DNA of 64,000 nt from Candidatus Bathyarchaeota archaeon (GTDB lineage: Archaea > Thermoproteota > Bathyarchaeia > Bathyarchaeales > Bathycorpusculaceae), in assembly GCA_963768425.1 (NCBI GenBank), contig CAVYHV010000014.1, forward strand, positions 224,001 through 288,000, in the 5' to 3' direction. The notes under the pieces were generated by a model. The model was not told where the DNA came from and ran no database searches. It worked only from the letters and a program-made list of their open reading frames with translations. Positions 10,374-21,062 of the stretch are shown here, one piece after another. How positions within the stretch are numbered: position 1 is the stretch's first letter; each line of letters starts with the position of its first letter. The position numbers were made by a program, and so were the translations under genes.

Positions 10374-10700
10374 TTACTTTTCCTCCTCTAGTTTTTCGAC
10401 TACAACAAACGACACGGTTTTGCTGATTGGTCTGCACTCTGCGATTCTTACTCGGTCGCCTTCTTTAACATCTATGCAAGGTGGATTGTGTGATGGGATG
10501 TGACCGTGCCTTCGTTCATATCTTTGGAATTTTGAGCTGAATTGCAAGAATTTCCTGTCAACTATGACTGTCTTATCCATTTTTGATGTTTGAACTATGC
10601 CGTCAAGTACACGTCCCCGTATTGCGAGTGTTCCGTGGAACGGGCAGTTTCGGTCTTCACATGTTTTTTTCGGTTGTTTAAAAGTCATTGACATTACCAT
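10374..10700 (-). CDS. rps17: 30S ribosomal protein S17 (uS17)
   Basis: CEDRNCPFHG and ECRPISKTVSFVV motifs. Confidence 0.98.
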   Translation of the reverse strand: MVMSMTFKQPKKTCEDRNCPFHGTLAIRGRVLDGIVQTSKMDKTVIVDRKFLQFSSKFQRYERRHGHIPSHNPPCIDVKEGDRVRIAECRPISKTVSFVVVEKLEEEK

Positions 10701-10975
10701 AACCTCTTAACGCTTTTTTTAAGTCGATCCTCTGTTCTGCCAACTAAAAGTTTACCGTCAATCTGCACAATTGTGCCATCTTCGAAATTGAAGTTGAAGA
10801 TGGCTGATTCTTTGATTATGCTTCGCCTTTGACCTTCGCCAAGGAAGGTGAAGGTGTTTCTTGTTTCCTCAATTACTTTGCCGCCGATGCCGATGTAATT
10901 TAAGTGCGGGCTGCTGGCGACTAAACCTTGAACGCCGATGAATTCGTGATTAATAATTTGAGGGGTTATTTTCAT
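10694..10975 (-). CDS. rnp1: Ribonuclease P protein component 1 (Rpp29/Pop4)
   Basis: HEFIG, GKVIEETRNT and IDGKLLVGRTEDRLKK motifs; conserved position. Confidence 0.93.
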   Translation of the reverse strand: MKITPQIINHEFIGVQGLVASSPHLNYIGIGGKVIEETRNTFTFLGEGQRRSIIKESAIFNFNFEDGTIVQIDGKLLVGRTEDRLKKSVKRLW

Positions 10976-11298
10976 TAAGCCTCGGTCTCCGCAGTTTCTT
11001 TTTTGGCCTTAGGCTTCTTCTCTGCCTTTTCGGCTTTCTCTGGCTTCTCGGCTTTCTGCTTTGGCTTTTCCTCTTCTAACACAGACCCTTTTCTTAATCC
11101 GAGTTTAATTTCGTTCTCCACGGTAAGTATCTGAGCGATTGTCTTGCGAATTTCTCTGACCCTTGTTGGGTTCTCAACGGCGCCGCCTGCTTTAACCATC
11201 GTTTTGATGCGGGCTTGTTCAACGCGTAAATCTATGAGCCGCTTTGTTCTGTCCTCAGCGGACATGCCTTGAATTTCTTTAAGACGAATTATCGCCAT
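10975..11298 (-). CDS. rpl29: 50S ribosomal protein L29 (uL29) with charged tail
   Basis: ENPTRVREIRKTIAQILT motif. Confidence 0.96.
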   Translation of the reverse strand: MAIIRLKEIQGMSAEDRTKRLIDLRVEQARIKTMVKAGGAVENPTRVREIRKTIAQILTVENEIKLGLRKGSVLEEEKPKQKAEKPEKAEKAEKKPKAKKETAETEA

Positions 11299-12041
11299 TA
11301 CTCTTTTGCCTCCTCACCTTTAGGTTCATCCTGAACCTCTTTCGCCTGCACAGTTGGCCCTTCCGCAACCTCTTCTTTTTGTTGAGTCTGTGCTTCTACT
11401 GGCTTCGTTTCTTCCGCTATCGGAAGGGTTTCTTCTTCGGGCGGAGCTGCCTCGCAAATCTTTATTCTGTCAGGGAAAACTGCATCCGGCGGCATGATTT
11501 TTACGCGGACACCAATAATGCCTGGTTTAAGTTGAACGTGGGCCTCAGCTTTCTTCATAGCTATAAGTGCTGGTTCTCCACATCGTGGGAAGTAGCCTGC
11601 ACGGAACTTTTCGAAGCGTGCCCGTTCAGTCGTGAGTTTGCCACTTATGACTATTTCGGCGCCAAGGGCACCTGCTTCCATAACTTGATTGAGCGCCCAA
11701 AAGCCTGCGCGCCTAAAGTGAACACCGCGTTGAAGCGCTGACGCAACACGTGATGCAATAACATAGGCGTTGAATTCAGGAACCTCAATTTCAGAGACTG
11801 AAATCTGAGGGTTAGCAACTTTGAAGTTTTGTTCCAGCGAAGAGGCAAGTTCCTTTATGGTTTCGCCACCTCTCCCTATAACTAAGCCTGGACGCATCGC
11901 GTAAATAACCACGTGGGTTCCAAGCGGGGTTTTAGAGATGTTTACTCCGCCGTATCCAGCTCGATCAAGTTTTTTCTGTAAAAACTCATCAATTTCCGTT
12001 TTTTTGATTGCTTCTGTGATGAAACGTTTGACTATACTCAT
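11298..12041 (-). CDS. rps3: 30S ribosomal protein S3 (uS3)
   Basis: RPGLVIGRGG KH motif; GAEIVISGKL. Confidence 0.98.
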   Translation of the reverse strand: MSIVKRFITEAIKKTEIDEFLQKKLDRAGYGGVNISKTPLGTHVVIYAMRPGLVIGRGGETIKELASSLEQNFKVANPQISVSEIEVPEFNAYVIASRVASALQRGVHFRRAGFWALNQVMEAGALGAEIVISGKLTTERARFEKFRAGYFPRCGEPALIAMKKAEAHVQLKPGIIGVRVKIMPPDAVFPDRIKICEAAPPEEETLPIAEETKPVEAQTQQKEEVAEGPTVQAKEVQDEPKGEEAKE

Positions 12042-12527
12042 TTATTTTTCTCCTGAAGTGGGTTTCTCATCAAGCACTATTTCGACATGCGTTGTCGTGT
12101 CGAATTTCGGTGAAGACCTGCCCTGTGCTCTCGGCTTGAAGCGTTTAAGTTTGATGCCTTGATATGCAGCTGCATGAATTATGCGTAGACGGTCAACATC
12201 TAAACTTTTGTTTTCAGCATTTGCTTGAGCTGACTGCAAAACATTCAAAATTACGCCGCATGCTTTAATCGGGTATCTACCGGAAAAACTGTTAACTTGC
12301 CCATGCCTGTGAGGCAGCTTCTTGTTATATCTCATGTAAGGGATTGATTTCTTTTTAGCTTGTACGTCCCGGAGATATTGTTTGGCATTGGTCAACATCA
12401 TGCCTTTTATGGCGTGGCAAACCTCACGTGATGCTTTATGGGATACTTTAAGTTCTCTGCCGCTTGCTTTCGCTGTTTTTTCTTCGTTGAGCATTTCGTC
12501 GATTACTGAGTATCCCCATTTTGGCAT
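12042..12527 (-). CDS. rpl22: 50S ribosomal protein L22 (uL22)
   Basis: GRYPIKAC and PRAQGR...TTHVEIVL motifs; likely start MPKWGY. Confidence 0.97.
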   Translation of the reverse strand: MPKWGYSVIDEMLNEEKTAKASGRELKVSHKASREVCHAIKGMMLTNAKQYLRDVQAKKKSIPYMRYNKKLPHRHGQVNSFSGRYPIKACGVILNVLQSAQANAENKSLDVDRLRIIHAAAYQGIKLKRFKPRAQGRSSPKFDTTTHVEIVLDEKPTSGEK

Positions 12528-12833
12528 TTTTATATCTCCGATGCGCATTCAAACACGTAAAAGCAATTTATATGGCTTTCCGTATCAAAACAAAAGTTTT
12601 CGACAGAGTCGACTACTTTAGTTAGCCCTTGAATCAGGGCGTGTTCGTCTGTGAGGTGTGCAAGTTTTGGATAACACTTTTGCCTTTTATAGTTTTCCCA
12701 AAGAACACCAAAACTCCAGAGAAGCAGAAAAACTGGGATCTTTCCCCATGGATTGCAAAAACTTGTTTTGAGCTGCGATTTGTTTATGTTTAACTTAATT
12801 GCTATTGCATCTGTTAATCGGGAAGCAACTGAA

Positions 12834-13901
12834 ATGTCAAGCAAAAACGAGAAAATCACGATGCTGCATGGCGCAGGCGGCACAGTCATGCATAACTTGG
12901 TAAAAAATTACATTGTGAAGTATTTCGGCGGCTTAGGTAACTACGCTGAAGTCCCGCTGGAAGCCATGGATGACGCAGCAGTCATAGGCGACATTGTTTT
13001 CAAAAGCGATTCCCACGCGGTTAAACCCATATTTTTCCCAGGCGGCGACATCGGACGCTTGGCCATTTCAGGCACGGTTAACGACATTTCGGCTATGGGA
13101 GCGCAACCGTACGCGTTGGCTTGTGGATTCATCTTGGAAGAGGGGTTACTGCTATCGGATTTAGAACGGATCCTATCAAGCATGCATGACACATGCGCTG
13201 AAGCGGGCGTCGGCATAGTCACAGGTGACACGAAAGTTGTTGAGAAAGGCGCCCTTGGAGGTTTAGTTATGAACGTTTCAGGCATAGGCAAGCGAACCCC
13301 CGCGCTGGAAAGCAACTTCCATGTGGCAAATCAATACCGCAAAGTTGCCAGCCGTTGGACGTTAGACTCAAACCTTGTGGAAGGCGACAAAATCATTCTC
13401 ACAGGCACAATTGGCGATCATGGGCTCGCCGTGCTTTCCGCACAGCAAGGACTTAAGTTTGGAAGCGAAATAAAATCCGACGTAAGACCATTAAACCGCA
13501 TGCTTCAGCAATTGTTTGCACAAATAGGGGGGGTTATTTCTGTAAAAGACCCGACGCGTGGCGGCTTGGCTGACGCACTCAACGAGTGGACGGAAAAATC
13601 CAAAGTCGGCATACTAGTCCACGAAGAAAAGGTTCCCATCCGTGAAGACGTTCAAACGGCATGCGACATGCTCGGCTTAGACCCCTTGGAAGTTGGCAAC
13701 GAAGGCAAATATATTATCGGGGTTGTCAAAGAAAAAGCGCAAGCGGCCCTGGAATTTGTGAAAAAAACAGATGAGGGAAAGAACGCGCAGATAATCGGGG
13801 AAGCCACAAGTCAATTCAAAGGCGTCGCCATGCAAACCCAGGTCGGCGGCAAAAGAATAATCGCAAGGCCCATCGGGGATCCCGTACCAAGAATCTGCTA
13901 A
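12834..13901 (+). CDS. hypE: Hydrogenase maturation protein HypE
   Basis: HGAGG, FFPGGDIGRLAISGTVND, TGDTKVV and DPTRGG motifs; C-terminal PRIC. Confidence 0.98.
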   Translation: MSSKNEKITMLHGAGGTVMHNLVKNYIVKYFGGLGNYAEVPLEAMDDAAVIGDIVFKSDSHAVKPIFFPGGDIGRLAISGTVNDISAMGAQPYALACGFILEEGLLLSDLERILSSMHDTCAEAGVGIVTGDTKVVEKGALGGLVMNVSGIGKRTPALESNFHVANQYRKVASRWTLDSNLVEGDKIILTGTIGDHGLAVLSAQQGLKFGSEIKSDVRPLNRMLQQLFAQIGGVISVKDPTRGGLADALNEWTEKSKVGILVHEEKVPIREDVQTACDMLGLDPLEVGNEGKYIIGVVKEKAQAALEFVKKTDEGKNAQIIGEATSQFKGVAMQTQVGGKRIIARPIGDPVPRIC

Positions 13902-14986
13902 GCCTGAACTGCTACGTTTTTCGCCCAGACCCTGCAAGTTCCTTCATTGCTAACCATGCATGCGCCGACAGGTTTCTCAGGCGAACATCCTTTTAGAAAC
14001 ATGGGGCACTCGTTGGGTCTGATTTTTCCAATGATGACAAGGTGACATTCGCAGCCTAAAAGTATGTCTTTACCTTGTTCAACATGAACACCATGCTTGA
14101 GTCTAGGATCATGATCTGCAAACGCCTCACGCAACTGCAAGGCTGAATCTGGAAGCCTGCCGATACCACGCCAGTTCCCAGCAGTAACCGTGAAGGCCGC
14201 CTTTATCATTTCTTGCGCTTTAAGATTGCCGTCAGGCTTAACAACACGGGGGTACTCATTCTCCAACCGCGCCGTTCCCTCGGCCTGCTGTTTAACGATC
14301 ATGTAAATCGACATCAAAACATCAATCGGCTCAAAACCAGCCACAACTGTGGGCATCCGATAAACCCGCGGAAACAGCTCGTAAGGTTTAAGACCGATAA
14401 TGGCGCTCACATGCCCAGGCGCAATGAATCCGTCAATCTCCAGGTCACCAACACCAAGAAGCAACTCCATGGCTGGCGGAATCAAACGGTGAGAAACAAG
14501 AAAGCTAAGGTTTTTGGGCGGATTGTTAAGCGCTTCAACCGCCGTTGACGGGGCCGTGGTTTCGAAGCCCACAGCGAAAAAGGCGAATGGCTTGTTAGGT
14601 TCCCGTTTGGCCATTTCAACAGCGTCGCTGACGGCATAGACTATTCGGACATCCGCTCCAGAGGCTTTAGCTTCCAAAAGAGACATCTGACTTCCAGGCA
14701 CACGCAAAACGTCTCCGAAACATGTTACCACAACGCCCATTTTCGCCAATTGCACGGCTTCGTCTATTTCAGCCGCGGGCACGATGCAAACGGGGCAACC
14801 GGGTCCAGCGATAACTTCAACGCCGTTGGGCAAAAGGCTTCGTAAACCAAAATGCGTGATTGTCCACTCATGTGTACCGCAGACGTGGCAGATTTTGGTT
14901 TTTCCAGCCTTTGGCGCTAAACCTTTAATTTTTGCAGCAATGTTTTGGGCGAACTGGGGGTTTCGGAACTTCAGGTTTTCAGCCAT
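13898..14986 (-). CDS. hypD: Hydrogenase maturation protein HypD
   Basis: CGTHE, GPGCPVC, GFETTAP, PGHVS and GACMVSNEGTC motifs. Confidence 0.98.
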   Translation of the reverse strand: MAENLKFRNPQFAQNIAAKIKGLAPKAGKTKICHVCGTHEWTITHFGLRSLLPNGVEVIAGPGCPVCIVPAAEIDEAVQLAKMGVVVTCFGDVLRVPGSQMSLLEAKASGADVRIVYAVSDAVEMAKREPNKPFAFFAVGFETTAPSTAVEALNNPPKNLSFLVSHRLIPPAMELLLGVGDLEIDGFIAPGHVSAIIGLKPYELFPRVYRMPTVVAGFEPIDVLMSIYMIVKQQAEGTARLENEYPRVVKPDGNLKAQEMIKAAFTVTAGNWRGIGRLPDSALQLREAFADHDPRLKHGVHVEQGKDILLGCECHLVIIGKIRPNECPMFLKGCSPEKPVGACMVSNEGTCRVWAKNVAVQA

Positions 14987-15006
14987 ACCGACACCTCAAC
15001 GTGAGT

Positions 15007-15228
15007 TTATTGACCAGCTTCAAGAATGCTGTTCCACAAGTTCAAGGTTTCTTTTGCTTCTTCCTCTTCGATAATCTGAATAGCGTAGCCTGCGTGGACC
15101 AGAACATAATCGCCCACTTTCGCTTCTACAAGAGTTACATTAACCTCTCTCAGAACGCCTTGACCAAAATCCACGTTGGCTTTTTCGCCTTGGAGGTTCA
15201 TCACCTTAGCGGGAATAGCTAAACACAT
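15007..15228 (-). CDS. hypC: Hydrogenase chaperone HypC
   Basis: MCLAIPAK N-terminus; VGDYVLVHAGYAI. Confidence 0.98.
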   Translation of the reverse strand: MCLAIPAKVMNLQGEKANVDFGQGVLREVNVTLVEAKVGDYVLVHAGYAIQIIEEEEAKETLNLWNSILEAGQ

Positions 15229-15276
15229 AACTATCAACTAATAGAGCCGTTGAAACGACGATAAAAAGAGATTGGT

Positions 15277-17559
15277 CTAAAACCGTGAAAAACCGCCTAC
15301 AACAGCCTGACCAAACGAAACCCCGCCATCGCCTGCTGGAACAGCCTCATGAACAAGAAAACGAAGGCCAGCATCCTCAACCGTTTTACGCACCACTTTA
15401 GCAAGAATCTGGTTACATGCGGCGCCGCCTGAAAAACCGATGCTTTTGACACCAAGAACCGTGGCTTTTTCCAACGCCAATAAGCCGAGACCTTTTGCCA
15501 AGTAAGCATGTGTGGAGTAAGCTAAATCGGCGGTGGGAAAATCTGCTTTCTTTTCGAAAACTAACCTCAAAAGGTTTGCAGTTTCCAGTGTTTCGCCGTG
15601 AAAAACAGGCTTAAGCTTCAAAATGTCCTTGCCCTTTAGTGCGGCGGATTCTAGTTTCATCGCGGGTTCCCCCTCGTAACTTCGCTCGTAACAAACGCCT
15701 AAAACAGCTGCAGCAGCGTCAAGAACCCGTCCGCAACTCGTTGTTTCAATCAACCCAGAACCTTTCCCGAGTTGACTGAGAATTAGATTAGCTTCGGTTT
15801 CGCCGAAAGGCAAATGCGACTTGTTTTCCATCAGCCAAAGCGCAACGTCTACGCCTGCCTTCGCAAGCATTCCAGCAGCCAAACGGAGCGGAAAACGGCT
15901 CGCGACGTCTCCTCCGAGCAAGGGCTGAGACTCCAGATGCCCCAATCGCTTAAACTTTGACGACTCGCGCGTGCAGAACAATATTTCTCCTCCCCAAGCG
16001 CCTCCATCTGAGCCGTAACCATACCCATCGCAAACTACGCTAACAGCTTCCTCCAAATTATTCTCAGCCATCAATGCTGCAGCGTGAGCATGATGATGCT
16101 GAACTTGAACAAGAGGTAATCCTTCAGCCTCTGCCATTTCCTTCGCAAGAGCTGTCGTCGTGAATTTAGGATGCAGATCGCAAACAACAGTTTCAGCATG
16201 GCAGTTAGTCAAATGATAAAGATGATTTGCTGCTTCCTGCAGAAAGGCGCGGGTCTCTACGTTTTCAACGTCACCGATGTGTTGGCTGATAAACGCTTTG
16301 TCTTCAAATAAGACGCAAGCTGTATTGTTGAGTTCACCGCCTAACCCGACCACGCAACGCTTTGATTTCGTCTTAAGCCTCACAGGCGTCGGAGCGTAAC
16401 CTCTGCTTCGCCTAAGAAAGACTTGGCGATTTCCATGGACACGCATGACTGAGTCGTCGCATCGATGAGCAATTTTGCGGTTATGAAACAAAAAATAATC
16501 TACTGTGCCGCCCAAAGTTTTGAGGGCTTCCTCATTGTCGTATACAATGGGTTGGTTCGGGGGGTTGGCGCTGGTCATGACAAATGCGGGATCACCAACT
16601 CTGTCAAAGAGCATATAGTGCAAGCCAGTATAGGGCAACATGACGCCGACGTTATGCAGGTTCGGGGCAGTTAGAGGAGAAAGATTGTATTCTTTGCTTT
16701 TGTTAAGCAGCACGATTGGCCGCATCGAGGATTGCAACAGCTCCTGCTCTTTCGAGCCTACTTCGGCAAAGATTTTCGCTACCTCTATGTTTTTTGCCAT
16801 CACTGCGAAGGGTTTTTCGCGCCTGTGCTTCGTTTTTCGAAGCATCATCAGAGGCTTGTCCCGCATGACTGAGCAGGCAATATGGAATCCGCCGTACCCC
16901 TTTATCGCCAAGATATTGCCTTCAGAAAGAAGCTTTCCCGCTTCCCGCACAGGGTCTTTGACGTCCACGGGTTCGCCGCTGCATGTTGTAAGGTAAGCTT
17001 TTGGTCCGCAGGGAGGACAAGCCACAGTTTGGGCGTGAAACCTCCTGTTTGCGGGGTCATCGTACTCGCGCTGGCAAAAACCGCAAAGCGGAAACTCTCG
17101 CATAGTGGTATTTTCGCGGTCGTAAGGCAACCGCTCGATAATCGTGAAACGCGGCCCACAATTGGTACAGGTGATAAAAAAGTATTCGTACCGTGGGTTT
17201 TTGGGGTCACGAAGTTCGGCGAGGCATTCGTTGCAAATCGCGATGTCAGGCGGTATAATTGAACCTGAAAGCTCCGCCTCAGCGGAACTTTTCCATATCA
17301 TAAATTCGCTGAACTGGTTTGCGCCTGAAAGCTCAACTGACTTGACTCGTTCAATCTGCGCATTCGGCGGCTTCTTCTGGGTTAGGTTACGCATGAAACT
17401 CTTAACATTTTGCGCTTCGCCCTCCAACAGGATTTCAACCCCTGCATCGCCCCTATTCCGAACGTACCCGGCTAAACGGTTTGCGACTGCAATTCTGTAA
17501 ACAAAGGGGCGGAACCCTACGCCTTGAACGATACCAGTAACGTTGAGTTTTACGCGCAA
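15277..17559 (-). CDS. hypF: Carbamoyltransferase HypF
   Basis: GIVQGVGFRPF acylphosphatase domain, Zn fingers, QHHHAH and PAGDGGVSFGQ. Confidence 0.98.
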   Translation of the reverse strand: MRVKLNVTGIVQGVGFRPFVYRIAVANRLAGYVRNRGDAGVEILLEGEAQNVKSFMRNLTQKKPPNAQIERVKSVELSGANQFSEFMIWKSSAEAELSGSIIPPDIAICNECLAELRDPKNPRYEYFFITCTNCGPRFTIIERLPYDRENTTMREFPLCGFCQREYDDPANRRFHAQTVACPPCGPKAYLTTCSGEPVDVKDPVREAGKLLSEGNILAIKGYGGFHIACSVMRDKPLMMLRKTKHRREKPFAVMAKNIEVAKIFAEVGSKEQELLQSSMRPIVLLNKSKEYNLSPLTAPNLHNVGVMLPYTGLHYMLFDRVGDPAFVMTSANPPNQPIVYDNEEALKTLGGTVDYFLFHNRKIAHRCDDSVMRVHGNRQVFLRRSRGYAPTPVRLKTKSKRCVVGLGGELNNTACVLFEDKAFISQHIGDVENVETRAFLQEAANHLYHLTNCHAETVVCDLHPKFTTTALAKEMAEAEGLPLVQVQHHHAHAAALMAENNLEEAVSVVCDGYGYGSDGGAWGGEILFCTRESSKFKRLGHLESQPLLGGDVASRFPLRLAAGMLAKAGVDVALWLMENKSHLPFGETEANLILSQLGKGSGLIETTSCGRVLDAAAAVLGVCYERSYEGEPAMKLESAALKGKDILKLKPVFHGETLETANLLRLVFEKKADFPTADLAYSTHAYLAKGLGLLALEKATVLGVKSIGFSGGAACNQILAKVVRKTVEDAGLRFLVHEAVPAGDGGVSFGQAVVGGFSRF

Positions 17560-17623
17560 AGAATAACCTGCTATAACTCAAAACAGAGGTTTTCTCTTAT
17601 ACATTTCGACAATCCTTTAGGAT

Positions 17624-19257
17624 TTACCGTTTTTCTTCCCGAAGCTGGCGCCTCAAAACTTTGCCCGCTGAACTAACAGGCAGGTCTTTCCTAAATTCCA
17701 CTTCGCGGATCGCCTTATACGGTGCCACCTTGTCGTTGACGAACGATTTGATTTCTTCCGCCGAAACCAACGCGCCTTCTTTCAGCACTATGAAAGCCTT
17801 CGGGATCTCGCCTGCCAACGGGTCAGGTTTCCCTATGACTGCGCATAGCTTAACGGCTGGGTGCTCGTAGAGGAGGTCTTCGAGGTCCCGCGGGTAAACG
17901 CTGTAGCCACAGTATTTGATGAGGTCTTTTTTGCGGTCGGTAATGTAGAAATAGCCATCCTTATCCATGTGCGCGATGTCCCCAGTGAGAAGCCACCCGT
18001 CATGCAGAACCAAAGCTGTTTCCTCCGGCATACGCCAGTAACCCTTCATAACCTGAGGTCCCTTCACCTCAAGCTCCCCTGTCTCGCCCACACCAAGAGT
18101 TTTTGCCGCTGAGCCTAAATCCACTATTCGCGCATCTGTATCTGGCAGGGGCAAGCCGATTGACCCAACTTTCAACATTTTCAAGCTGCTATCAATGGGG
18201 TTGCAGTGGGTAACAGGGGACGCCTCCGATAAACCGTATCCTTCAACTAAAGATCCGCCTGTCGCCTGCGTGAATTGTTTTTGGGTTTGCGGCGGCAACG
18301 GTGACGCGCCTGAAATGCAGACCCGAATCGAAGTTAAGTCATATTTCCCCAGTTCGGGGTTAGCTAAAAGCGTCGAGTACATGGTTGGGACACCACAGAA
18401 AACCGTGACCCTATGCTTTTGGATAGCTTCTAAGGCTTTGGCTGGCTCGAACCTGTGGCATCAAAACCATTTTTGCCGCTAAGCTGATGGGTACAGTCAT
18501 ACTTGTTGTCATGCCGTAGATATGGAAGAGGGGCAGCGCTGTTAGGAAGGTTTCTTGGGCTGTTGTGCCCTTTATCCAAGCGGCGAAGGATAATGCATTG
18601 GATAGGAGGTTGGTATGGGTTAGCATGGCGCCTTTGGCTGTTCCCGTAGTGCCGCCCGTATACTGCAACGCTGCTAAGTCTTCGTTTGGGTTCAATTTCA
18701 CGTTTGGAGGATTGCTTGGTTCTTTTTCTGATAAAGCTTGGAAAGCTATAGTGTTTGGAACATCAATGGGGCGGGTTTTTTTATAGCAATATTCATCTAG
18801 GCCTGTCACTATGACGTTTTTCAGCTTGGTTTTTTGCTTAACTTTTCGCTAAAGTTGGATAAAGCGAATCCAGCGCCACAATGGTTTGTGCTCCTGAATC
18901 TTTCAGTTGGTACTCAACTTCGCGTTCCCGATAAAGAGGGCTTATGGCCGTTACAACCGCTCCTGCCTTGAGCACTCCAAAATAGGTAATTATGAACTGA
19001 GGAATATTGGGCAAAAAAATTGCAACACGGTCGCCTTTTTTCACGCCTAACTTGACAAGAGAAAGGGCAAACTGGTTTGAAAGCGTATCCAACTGGGCAT
19101 AAGTGATTTCCCGCCCGCCATAAATTATGGAAGTTTTTTGCGGAAATTCTTTTGCGCATTTGTGAAGGATTTCTTGGAGAGGAACCTGTGGGAACTCTAA
19201 GTGTTTTGGCACTTGGGTAGGCCACGAGTTAAACCACGATGCGTTTTTTTGAGGCAA
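17624..19257 (-). CDS. Long-chain fatty-acid--CoA ligase (split into three ORFs by two apparent indels)
   Basis: AMP-binding YTGGTTGTAKG, EGYGLSEASP, TGD...DRKKDLI and GKVLRR. Confidence 0.9.
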
Positions 19258-19301
19258 GACACTTCGCGTTACATTATGAGTGAATAGGTTAAAACCTTAC
19301 C

Positions 19302-19668
19302 CTAACTTCGCTTTCTTGCCCTTGAATAGTCTGTCATGCCTAGTCTGTTGCCGAAGGGGTCTTCGAACTCAACCGCCATACCCGTGTGAATCTCGAATGG
19401 TTCGGATAAGAATTTTAAGCCTTTGGCGCTTAGCCGCTTGTACTCTTCCTGCACGCTGTCCACAACGAACCAGATCGTCGGTTTCGCGTCGGGAAAACTT
19501 GTGGATGTCTTTGAGAATGATTGCTGGTTCGTTGTCGCCAACTTTGAAAGCTACCATACCCATGTCTGAAAAGTCAAACTTGACCGGAAGCCCCAAAACG
19601 TCATGGTAAAACTCTTTGCCCTTCTTGAGGTCGCCGCTTGGCAGAAAAAAGTTATCGTAATCCTTCAA
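19302..19668 (-). CDS. VOC/glyoxalase family protein (one frameshift near 19495)
   Basis: KEFYHDVLGL...IWFVVDSVQEEYKRL...EFEDPFGNRLGM. Confidence 0.85.
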
Positions 19669-19739
19669 TGTTTCACTTCGAATTGATTGTGCAGTAAGCT
19701 ACTAATAACATTTCACAATTCAGCTGGAAACTTTACTTT

Positions 19740-20426
19740 TTAAGCCGAGGATTGAGTGGGTTCGGGTTTCTTGCAGAAGAGCAATGCGGGTAACAAGGCT
19801 ACGATTATGAAGGCTGAGTTGAAGATGAACCCCGCCAACTTGATTGCAGAGTCTTTAAAGGGAATCAATGAAATCGCGATCGGCGACGATGGGAACCAAC
19901 CGGGAGCAAAAAACTGAGGGTACCCAACGTAAACCCAAAGCAGATAAATTATGCCACTTGCCACAATGGTCAGAACAAGGTATCTGTTGAGAGCCATGTA
20001 TTTGTAGCCTGCAAATGGCAGGCTTATCATCATGAGAGTCCAGTATAGCGGGTAAGTTGCAGCTGACGTGTTGAAGTTGAAGTTCAAAGTAAACAATGTG
20101 TTGGCAACTTCAGTCGACATCCTTGCCTGGGCATAACCGAAATGATACAGTCCCTGCTGCAGCCAAATTCCCGCGGCAACACAAGCTACAGCCAAAAGGA
20201 ATCGCTCATACCCGACGCCCTGCCGCCTCATAAAAAATTCTGCAAGAACAAACGCCAACCCATAAACCACAACGGAGCTTGTGAGCACGGCAGCGGATGA
20301 GGTGCTGTCCCCAGAAAAAACAAACCCTCTGCCCCTCCAAACCAACAACGCCGCAACCACGCATAGGCAGGCAGCTTCAAACCAGTTTCGCCTGAACCAA
20401 TCGATGGCTACATCAAAACCCCGCAA
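19740..20426 (-). CDS. Multi-pass membrane protein of unknown function
   Basis: 228-aa ORF with about 6 hydrophobic segments. Confidence 0.7.
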   Translation of the reverse strand: MRGFDVAIDWFRRNWFEAACLCVVAALLVWRGRGFVFSGDSTSSAAVLTSSVVVYGLAFVLAEFFMRRQGVGYERFLLAVACVAAGIWLQQGLYHFGYAQARMSTEVANTLFTLNFNFNTSAATYPLYWTLMMISLPFAGYKYMALNRYLVLTIVASGIIYLLWVYVGYPQFFAPGWFPSSPIAISLIPFKDSAIKLAGFIFNSAFIIVALLPALLFCKKPEPTQSSA

Positions 20427-20729
20427 AACGACGCCTCGGAAAATTCTTCCTTTTTACGTTGTTATGTTAGTTGAGGTAGGGTGTGTTTAAGATTTTTGGT
20501 CGTCTCAAACTCGAAAATGTATAGAGAAATTTGCGCATGGCGAAAGACAGTTAGGGCTTGTGGGCCATGTAACGCAAGACGAAAGCTGCAGCAGTCATTC
20601 AACAAGTATTGCAAATCAATTATACAAGGATCAGTGTAAGTGAGGGGTAGGCTGCGAGAGACAAAGCACCGCAATTTAATGGTACCTATCTGGGTGACAA
20701 AGCGACCAAAAATGGTATGTTGCTATTGT

Positions 20730-20864
20730 TGGTGCCGGGGGCGCGATTCGAGCACGCGACTTCTGGCAAAGAGCGCTTAGCCCCTTTTGACTCCAGATTT
20801 CTCATCTGGGTTGTTCCTACCAGATTATGAGTCTGGCGCCCTGGCCAGGCTAGGCTACCCCGGC
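20730..20864 (-). tRNA. tRNA-Met(CAT), elongator type, with two introns (20799-20825 at 37/38; 20761-20790 at 45/46), CCA encoded
   Basis: Cloverleaf GCCGGGG...CCAGA-CTCATA/A-TCTGG...CCCCGGC-ACCA; both inserts form bulge-helix-bulge-type motifs. Confidence 0.9.
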
Positions 20865-21062
20865 ACACAATTAGCCACTTTTTACGATGGCTGAATCCAT
20901 TTAGTTTATTTTCCATCATTTAAACTTTTAAGCCCAGCACTTGGATTGGTTTGGATCTGAGGGCACTGTGCTGAAAACTGGGATAACGGTAACATCCAAA
21001 CAGGGGTTTTGTTTGCATAAAATTTATTGGAGCGGAAATGCAGATTTAGCGTGGTGACGTGT

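Noticed and set aside
17624-19668. Split acyl-CoA ligase and VOC genes as pseudogenes
   Set aside because: Same indel-error pattern; all motifs are intact
20686-20919. 77-aa ORF
   Set aside because: It overlaps the tRNA-Met gene
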